From Phaeosaccion multiseriatum (taxonomy: Eukaryota; Protista; Ochrophyta, other classes): a stretch of 64,000 bases of DNA. The stretch spans positions 2,604,001 to 2,668,000 of the forward strand of contig OZ218964.1 in the NCBI GenBank assembly GCA_965112735.1, read 5' to 3'. This document shows, one piece after another, positions 54,680 to 64,000 of the stretch (position 1 is the first letter of the stretch; every line of letters begins with the position of its first letter). The notes beneath the pieces were generated by a model. The model saw nothing but the letters and a program-made list of their open reading frames with translations. It did not search any database and had not been told where the DNA came from. A program made the translations under genes and the position numbers.

Positions 54680-56317
54680 TCAGTCTCCCCCTTCGTCCGC
54701 TGTCCCGTTCTCCCCCTCCTCCTCGTCGTCGTCGTCCTCGTCCTCGTCATCCTCCTCCGCCTCACCCACGTCGATGTCAACGTCGTACTCCTGATCGCAG
54801 CCAAGGTAGGAGTCGCACATGAAGAGGAGGTGAAGCTTGTGCGTGCCCACCTTCTCAGGGGCGAGGAAGTCAAGCTTGACCTTGAGGGGTTTACCCAGCA
54901 GTGTGGACACCTTATGTATGTGCCACGCCACACGCACATAGAGCAGCACAGAGGGAAACGGGAAGGAGAGGATTAGAGACGGAGGGAGAGACAGAGAGGC
55001 AGAGCAGAGAGAGGCAGAGAGTGTGTGTGTCGTGTGGGTGTGTGCGTGTTGTTGTGCGTGTGTATCGAGAAGTAGAAACGAAAGGAAATCCGCATTGGCA
55101 ATGGATGAGCCGAAGCATCTCCTCTTCCCACCCAATTTGAAACCCTTTCCAAACAAAAACCACCCTCGTTCATCCCTCTCGTCCCGGTCACCAATGGCAG
55201 TAGATGCCCAACGCCTTACCTTCTTGATGGCCAGCAGCGAGTTGTTGGCCTTGTCTCCCACGATGAGCCACCAGCCCTCGCTCTTCTCCTTGGGATAGTA
55301 TGGAGCCACCACCTGGGGGGGGAGACAGGGGCAAGAGAGAGAGAGAGAGGTGGAGACAGAGAGAGTCGACAGGAGAGTTGGACAGAGAGAGAGAGATGAC
55401 ATGGGGAGTACGCAGACGGACATTGACAGAGATACAGAGGTAGAGAGGAGAGCAAGTGGGGGTGTGTGAGAGTATATCCGGCAGGGGGGTTGCGAAAACG
55501 TCGACTGCTGCCCATCCTCCCCTGTCGAAGAAGGAAAGAATGAGGGAAGGAAGGAAGGAAGGAAGGAAGGAAGGAAGGAAGGAAGGAAGGAAGGAAGGAA
55601 GGAAGGAAGGAAGGAAGGAGGGCAGACAGGAAGGAATGCAGGCAGGAAGGAAGGAAGGAAGGAAGGAAGGAAGAAAAGGACCGAAGGAAGGAGGATGCGC
55701 GACACACCTACATCCACCATCCACACCACCCCCGCTCGGAGACCGAGACGTACACAGAGGCGCAGACATACACACCCACATACACACACGCACCCGCCCT
55801 TACCTTTCCATACTCCTGGTCCTCCTCCTCGTCCTCCTCGTCCACGTCCCTCTGCAGCGTGACTGAGAGACTGACGGCCTCTCCGGCGGCGATTTCGTCC
55901 TTGTCCTCCACCTCGAAGGAAAGTTCCACGTTAGGGAATGCGTTACAGAACCTTCGGGTGACAGCAAGAAGAAGGGGAGGGATGGCAGCAGAGGGGAGGG
56001 AGAGGGGGGCAGGGGGCAGGAGGAGAGGAGAGTGGGGCAGGCACGGGGGCAGGGCATGGCAGGGCATGGCATGGCCGGGCAGAGAGCACAGTTGGAGCAC
56101 AAGGGTTGAGTTTCGGTTTCAGGGACATGGTGCTTCAAGGGAGGACACACACATGATCATCCATCCCACTGCACTGCGGAGGGAGGGGAGGGGAGGGGAG
56201 CAAGGAGAAAGATGGACACACACGCTGGAAAGAGGCAGGGCGGGGAGGAGAGGAGAGGAGAGGAGAGACAGACAGACAGGCATGCAGACATACAGACATA
56301 CACACAGACAGACAGAA

Positions 56318-56370
<53 letters not shown>

Positions 56371-56453
56371 GGCATGCAGACATACAGACATGCACACAGA
56401 CAGATAGACAGACAGACAGACAGAAAGACAGACAGACAGACATGCAGACATGC

Positions 56454-56492
<39 letters not shown>

Positions 56493-58255
56493 AGGACAAC
56501 GAAACAAACACATACATAGGAGAGAAAGAGAGGGAGGGACGAAGAGGGACAGAGAGAGAAAGGGAGAGAGAGAAAAGAGGAGAGAGAGGGAGAGAGAGAA
56601 GAGAGGGCGGGAGAGAGGGAGAGCGGCAACTCGAGGGAGAGAGACAACGAGGCGGCAGAGACAGGCCCACATGAGCAGATATAATACCCCCCTCATACGC
56701 CCCTCATACCCCCTGCATACCCCCCTCACACGCCCCTCCGCCTCACCTCGCAACGTCGGCCATCTGTCTGGGCCCTAGCGGCAGCAGCTCCTGCCTCTGC
56801 TCGTCCTCAAGCTCCATCACGTCAAGGGGAGTCTCCACCCCCGCCGCCTCGCACGCCTTGGCCATGGAGGGGCTGACGTGGGGCAGCTGGCGGAGGTACG
56901 AGTCCTTCTGCCACACCGCTTGCACCACCATCTGGCTCAGCTCCATCGCCTACGGAGGGAAAAGGCGCGGGGAGGGGACGAAGGGCGTAGGAGGAGTCAG
57001 CGATGAGTCAGCGATGTGCAGAATGTCGAGAGGGTTGCTCGCACGAGAGAGACGCCATGTTCTGTGGCAGCTGGATTTCCCCCCTCCCTCCACACCCCCC
57101 TCCTCCCCTGCTTCCCTCCCTCTCCCCCCCCCCCCTGCACACACACACACACCTCAATGGCTGGCTTGAGCCACCCGTTGCTGCTGATGACGTCAACGAG
57201 TGCCTGCACAAGCTTGGTGGCCTGCCCCACCACCTTGGCTTGGTCCCCTCGCAGGTCTATACCCAAGGGGGTGCGGCTGAAGTGGGCCTGCAGCAGCACG
57301 TGCGCCTGGAGAGGAGGAGATGGCAGTGGAGGGCACATGCGGGAGGCGTTGAGGCGGTGAGCATTCATTCTCGTGGAGAGGGGATGGGAGCGAACAGAAC
57401 CACCTCCTTCCCTCCTTCCCTCCCTTCCCCTGTGCCTGACGGGCCTCTCTCTCCCCTAAGTTCTGGGCTTGGCGTGTGCTTCACATCAGCGACTCTCTAC
57501 ACGCCTGTTGACAACTCTACACACCCCTGTTGATTGTTGCGGGGCACGGCTGTCCTTCCTCTTGTCGTTCCTTACCTTGGCGGGAGTCTGTGAGAAGTCC
57601 CACCCCTTGGGCAGCGCCTGTGGGAGGTGCTTGGTGAGCTGCTGAAGGAGCCTCTCCTCTCGGGACCGCACGGGAAGGGAGTTGAACTCGGACGCGCTGG
57701 GGAGGAGGAGGAGGAGGAGGAGGAGGAGGAGGAGGAGGAGGAGGAGGAGGGGGCAAGGAGAGGGGGGGCGGTTAGAGATGAAGGTGGTGATCACCCCTCC
57801 CGCCCCTCCAAAAGTGTTACTCCTCCCAAACCCAGCCAAGCACTGTCAGGCACGCACTGTCAGCCGCTTTGCGCTCATCTGCTCTCCCCTCCCCTCCCCT
57901 CCCCTCCCGTCCCTCCCCCCCCTCACCTGCTAATCATGTCCAAGATGCCCTTAAGCTTGGTCTTGGCCGTGACTGAGTTGGCAAAGAGCTCCACTGTGGT
58001 GTAGTTGATGTAGTAGTAGGCCCCCACCATGCCGAGGTTCAGCGGCCCCAGCACCATGTCATCCTCCACGGACACACAGCGAGCCTCCTCAAGGTCTGAC
58101 ACGCACTGCTCCACAAGCTCCGACAGGTAGTCGCTGGTGTGAGGGGAGTGGGTGGATGGACAGAGAGGGGATGGTCAGATAGGAAGACCTCTCCACCAGC
58201 TCAGACAGACACACTCACATATACACACAAACACACACAAACACACACCCACACA

Positions 58256-58312
<57 letters not shown>

Positions 58313-58564
58313 CTGAGGTGTCTGTGGGAGACGCCGGCCATGTTGTAGTAGTTGGGGTTCTGCGTGAGGCGGCGGTAGAAGAAGGTCCACGTCAGGTAGT
58401 CCACCGCCTCCTGCTTGTTCTCGATGGTCTTGGTCACCACTTCGGCGTTGATGTGGTCGGAAAGGACATGGTCCAAGTGAGATTCGATGGGCAGCGGCTC
58501 CTGCAACAGCCGCCGCTGGGGAGCGGGGGGAGGGGGTGGGGGGGTGGAGGGAGTCAGAGAGAGG

Positions 58565-58595
<31 letters not shown>

Positions 58596-61561
58596 GGAGA
58601 GAGAGAGAGAGAGGGAGAGAGAGAGGGAGAGGGGAGAAGGGATGTGAAGACTGACTGCATCGTTTCACGTAGCAGGACAGGAGGTGACAGGAGGTGACAT
58701 GCCTCACGCACACTACCCTAGGGTTAGGTACATGTGCACACCTGACCAAAATACTCACCAAGTAGTCCTTCTTGGGTGTGTGGCAGAGCACCACGGCCTT
58801 TCCCCCATTGCCGTCCTCCTCGTCCCTGCCCGCCCTGCCCGCCAGCCCGATCATCTGCAGCACGTCTGCCACTGGGTAGTCCACATATCGGTGCTCACGG
58901 CCGTCGTACTCCTCCGTGCCCATGACGACAACGGTCTGGGCGCCGCCGAGGTCCCCCACCGCCCAGCAGAGCGTGCGGGGCAGCACCAACGCCTTGATGC
59001 GGCCCGTCCTAAAGAGCCCCTTGACCGTCATAAGGTCGGCGGCACTCATGCCCGAATGGAGGAAGCCCACGCCCTTGTCCAACGTCTGCTGCAGCGACCC
59101 CTCCTTGACGCTGACCGCCCCCCCCGGGCCGTTGGAGGCGAGGTCCTCCCCACCCCCCTGCAGGAACATTCCGGGCTCTCCCTCTGCGGCAGCGAGCGAC
59201 ATGAGGTCGATGGCCGTGATCTGGGCCTGCTTGCGCGATGACACAAACACCATGACCGGCTTGTCCGCCTGTGCCGCCGGAGCCGCGGCATTGAAGGCCG
59301 GCTTGGCCATGGCAAGCATTCGACTCGCGAAGTGCGCGACATCGAGGCCGTAGAGGTGCAGCTCCAGAGGGACCGGCCGCAGGGAGGGGTGGAAGTTGAA
59401 CAGGCTCGACGAGGAGGCACCCATCCAGTCCCCCACCTCCTTAGCGTTCCCCACGGAGGAGGCGAGGCCCACAATACGGCAAGGCTTACCCGTCTGACTG
59501 CCCATGTAACGCATGCGACTCACCACCACCTCCAGGCACGGGCCGGAGGCGGAGGACGAGCCCAGCAGGTGTAGGTCATCCACCAAGAAGAGTGCCACCT
59601 CCTGCACGGCCGTCCTCTGCCTCCATCGCCTGCTGAGCGTGTCCCACTGCTCCGCGGTGGCCACGACTATCCTCCCCTGCTGAACAAGCTTAAGGTCCAC
59701 AGCGGACTCTCCTGTGAGGCGCACAACGGACGCCCCCATGGCCGCCCCGATGGTCTGCTTCCACTCTGCGGCCCTCTGATCGGCCACCTCCTCCTTGGGG
59801 CACACGTATACGCACTTGCCCCCCTCGCCCCCCCCTCTAAGGAGCCGCACCAACGCAAACTCGGCTGCTGCGGTCTTGCCACTGCCCGTGGGGGCGCACA
59901 GGAGCACGTTGGAATTCTTCTCGTACAGCTCCTGGAACACCTTCTCGATACACACACAGGTGTGCAGGGTGTCAGGGGAGGGAAGAGGAGTTACGCTTTC
60001 GTTACATGGGTCAGGGGAGCTCTGCCTGCCCATATGCCTGTCCCTTCTTGTGCCCCATACACTGCCTGCCCATATACCTGCGTCTGCACGGGGTTGAACC
60101 TCCTCCATCCCCTGTCCGCGTACGCCTTCTCCACAGAGGGCTCCCCCAGGGCCGTGAGGGGCAGGGGTTGAAGGTCCAGCAGCTCCGTGTGGGGAGGGAA
60201 CTTGGCGGGCAGCACGAGGTGTCTGAAGGAGATGGGCATAACGGCCTCGCTGTGCAGCCACCGATCGGACACAACCTTCACAAAGTACTGCAGAGAGAGG
60301 GAGGAGCGTTAGAGGTCCCACACACACACACAAAACACACACAATACACACACATACACAATACACACAATACACACACACACACACATACACACACACA
60401 CACTAACCTGCGGCGGCAGCGGATCGAAGACGGGCACGGTAAGGGTGAGGAGATGGTCGTTCTCCGCCAGGCGCTTCTTGAGGAGGAACGACTCGTAGTG
60501 CAAGATGGACTCGCCGTCGCCGTCTGTGACTATCACCCAGAATTGCTGAGGCAGGGCAGGGGTTGGACAGATAAGGGTACATAGGGTTAGAAGGGGTGAG
60601 AATGAAAGAAGAAAGGATACCCCCCCCCCCTTCCATCAACGGGGCGCGACGAAGTCCCCCAAGCCCCCCCCCCCCCCTCCCCTTCTGCCCTCAACAATGG
60701 TCTCCCTCTTACCCTTTACCCTTTACCCTCCCCTCCTATACCCAAACCCTACTCCCCATCCCCTGACCTGCGCCATGCCGTGTATCTTCTCGTCGTAGGC
60801 GAAGTCCGCCGTGAGGGTGAGCTCCACCCTGAGCAGGCTCCTCGTGACGGGCTGCACGGCGGCAGACAGCTCGATCTTGGGCACTGAGTGCACCATCTTA
60901 TGCAGCACCTTGCCTGTGGGGGGGAGGAAGCAAGTGTAAGTGTAACGGTCAAGTGTAACGGTCGCAGCACTAAGTAGAGCCCAGGCACCAGCTCCACCCC
61001 CCGCTCTCTGCTCCATCCTGCTCCATCCACTGCCATCCCCCATCCCTCCGCCGCTGTCACTCACCCATTCTGGCGAGCTTGACGAGCTCCCCGAGGTCGG
61101 CAGCGGACAAGTCTCCGTACCTGCCATGCCATGTGCCGTTAACGTCAAGACGTAACGGACGGTACGGTCAGAGGGAGGACGGACGGTCGGTGGACGGAAC
61201 GGAAGGTCACGGGGGCGCAAGGCATCAGAGAGCAAAGAAGGAATGCTTTTGAAACTTGCCCTTCCCCTAACTCCGCCGCTCTGCCCTGCCCATACACCCC
61301 TGATCATGACTGACCTGTCCCAGGAGATGTCCTTCCGCTCGAGCTTGCGATACAGCACCTCTGGCAGCGTCTGCGGGCCCGAGAACTGACGGAGGGGGCT
61401 CTGGCTCAGCCAACACCTGAGGGGCACAGTGCAGCAGTTGGTGATACAGTCATGTTGAGAGGGGCACAGTGCAGCAGTTGGTGATACAGTCATGTTGAGA
61501 GGGGGGCTCAGACTCAGCCACTGCCTTTATCATTGCTTAAGATTGGGGCGGTGAAGACACC

Positions 61562-61594
<33 letters not shown>

Positions 61595-62244
61595 CACCCC
61601 ACCTCAACACAAGTCCCCTACCCCCTACCCACCTGCGCTCCACCATCTTGCAAAGCGTGAGTGTCTTGTCAGCAAGGGCCGCCCACCCCCTCTTGAGCGC
61701 AATCTCGAACAGGGCCCTGAGGATCCTCGCTGCCGACTGCCGCACGTACGTCATGTCCGCAAGCAACGCGAAGCCCTCGAGGCGGAGGTTGCTGATGTAT
61801 GCCTGCAGGAGGGCGTTCACCTTGGCGGAGGGCTCGTCCATGCCCTCCTTGATGGGAATGGGCACCTGAAGCAGGCAGGGAGGCAGCGGGGAACAGGGGT
61901 CATCAAAGGGGTTGAGAGTGAGGGGTGGATGAGAGGGGTGGGTCAGGGACAACACACGTCAGGGGTGAGGGGTGATGAGGCCTCACTCACTCACTCCCTC
62001 ACTCACACACACACACCAAGTCACTCACACCCACCTTGGCGGCCAGCTTGGCGAGCTCGAGCTTCTCCTCCTCCCTCACCACGATCTGCTGGAACTCGTC
62101 GGACTGCGAGAAGAGGCGGAACAGCTCGATGTCCGACGTGGTGGGCTTGAGCTGCTCGTTGAATGTCTGCATGGTCGTGTGGGACAGGTAGTAGTATGAC
62201 GCCACCCGGCCGAGGGCCGTCGCCTACAAGGGGGGGAAGGGAGG

Positions 62245-62279
<35 letters not shown>

Positions 62280-62407
62280 TGAGTGCAAGGCAAGCAAGGC
62301 AAGACCCTTTGTGGGGGGGGCTTCACCCTATGACACACGTACAAACTCACATCACATCACATGTCCACTCACGCATCCCACCTTCCCCCCACCCACCCAA
62401 ACACACC

Positions 62408-62464
<57 letters not shown>

Positions 62465-63791
62465 GCAGGCTGCCTCCCTTCCTGTCGTACTTGACAAGGC
62501 CTGTTCTGTCGAGCATGTTCGCCGCTGAGTGCACGAGGTTGACGCGGTGCTGGAACAGACGCGGGTCGTCCAGGGCCGCGTTTTCCGGCACCTGTGATTA
62601 CAGCAATTGGTGGTAAGCAGCAGATAAGTGGGTTGGTGAGGAGGGGCAACGTATATGGGCAGAGGCCGAGGCTCGACAGAGCTTGGCCGAGCAGCAGCTG
62701 CTTAAGGGCGACACCATCACCACGCACCCTTTCCCTCCTCTTTTTTCTTCCCTCTCCTCTCATCCCTCCTCTCCTCCCTCTTTCCCTCCCCCCCCTCCCC
62801 TCCCCTCCCTATTCACTCACTCACCGAGTAGCAGTTTGGGTTCCGCATCATGCGCACATAGAGATACGTGTAGCCCAGCCAGATGGCCGCGTCCCGCACG
62901 GTCTGGATGGAGCCCAGCACGATTTCCGCGTTGAGATGGTCGGCCAGCTGCTTGACCAGCTGCGACTCGATGGGCAGCTGCTGGTTGTTGAGGCTGAGGT
63001 AGAACTGCAGCCGAGCGTGTTGAGTGATGACGATGCCCTCTCCGCGGTCGTCGAACTGAGGCCTGCCTGCTCGCCCCATCATCTGTAGCACGTCTAGAGG
63101 GGACAGCTCGTCCCACCTGTTGAAAGGGATGGGCGCAAGCATGTGGGCAGAAGCATATGGGCAGGCAGGCAGGCAGGCAGGCGTAAGGGCAGGTCGGCAA
63201 GCAGTAAGTCAACGATACGCATTGCGGTAAGTCAATGGAAATACCAATAGAGAAGGATGCGTACCAACGCTATCCAGCGTGCCCTTGAGGATGACCCCAT
63301 AAGCCTCTACTCTACCCTCCCCGCTGTACCCGTATACCCGTATGCCTGTGCTGCCGTGATACTATAATTACCTGCCCTTGTCCGGGTAGTACATCTGCGT
63401 GCCCTTGAGGATGACGGTGTGCGCGGGGAGATTCACGCCCCAGGCCAGCGTGGCCGTCGACACCAGCACCTGCGATGGAAGTCACAATAAGTCAATAAAA
63501 GCTGAAGCACTAGCACACCTTGTTGTGAGCACGTGCAGTGCATACTCCACTTGAAGGACACACTAGATGCTCTCCCTATCCTTCGTCTGTACGCGCTGTA
63601 ACTGTACTGTAACTGTGCTGTAACTAACTGTGCTGTAACTGTACTGTAACTGTGCTGTAACTGTACTGTAACTGTACTGTAACTGTACTGTAACTGTACT
63701 GTAACTGTACTGTAAATGCGCTGTACTGTACCTGCACGTGCTTGGCGCTGTACAAGTCCTCCACCAAGTTGCGGTCCTCGCGGGTCATGCC
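54680..63791 (-). CDS. SNRNP200: U5 snRNP 200 kDa helicase Brr2, 3' portion; 5' end lies beyond the window; many exons
   Basis: Motifs [106 protein letters not shown] and [13 protein letters not shown]. Confidence 0.97.
63598..63731. repeat. 11-bp intronic tandem repeat AACTGT(A/G)CTGT
   Basis: Directly visible, roughly 11 units, inside a BRR2 intron. Confidence 0.9.
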
Positions 63792-64000
63792 TGTTGGGCA
63801 GGGGCAGGGGGGAGGGGAAAGGGAGGGGAAAGGAGGTAAGAAGGGGTCTTGCTTTGCTTTGCTCGCTTTGCTCGCTTTGCTCGCTTGCTTGTTGCACTCG
63901 GAGCCGGAGAGCACTTGCCCCCGTCATGACAGGCACAACAGGGGCCTCCCCGACCCATCCACTACCATCCCCGAACCATCCACTGCCATCCCCCCACACT

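Noticed and set aside
60580-60750. Telomere-like GGGTTAG / TTTACCC words (also near 40350 and 5860)
   Set aside because: Only a few degenerate units in introns or flanks, not an interstitial telomere tract.
39161-63791. CDC40 and BRR2 as a spliceosomal gene cluster
   Set aside because: They are separated by unrelated genes, and two genes are compatible with chance without synteny data.

Overview
Eukaryotic, GC-rich genomic DNA with many short spliceosomal introns full of microsatellites. The style suggests a stramenopile/ochrophyte alga, but this is inference only. Most six-frame ORFs are low-complexity artefacts, so gene models were rebuilt by hand from splice sites. Recognisable genes: BCKDHB (-), an SPC24-like kinetochore gene (+), CDC40/PRP17 (+), a PB1+FW NBR1-like gene (-), an N-acylated FNIP-repeat gene (+) and the 3' part of BRR2/SNRNP200 (-). 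The main feature is a ~23 kb head-to-tail array (about 5.8-28.9 kb) of five copies of an uncharacterised 8-exon gene. It encodes a ~700 aa protein with two transmembrane helices around a large Cys-rich loop, the topology of DEG/ENaC and P2X channels. The two outer copies are diverged paralogs, and the three inner copies are near-identical chimeras of them with the crossover in exon 4. Each of the four spacers carries a ~420 bp hairpin with ~161 bp arms. Also present: a secreted Cys-rich/mucin-like protein gene, a large low-complexity gene, a small myristoylation-motif/Zn-finger-like gene, an orphan auxilin-type J-domain fragment, an exon-like fragment broken by a 26-bp tandem repeat, and two short DNA motifs scattered across introns and exons regardless of reading frame. 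No rRNA, tRNA, CRISPR array or autonomous transposon was recognised.
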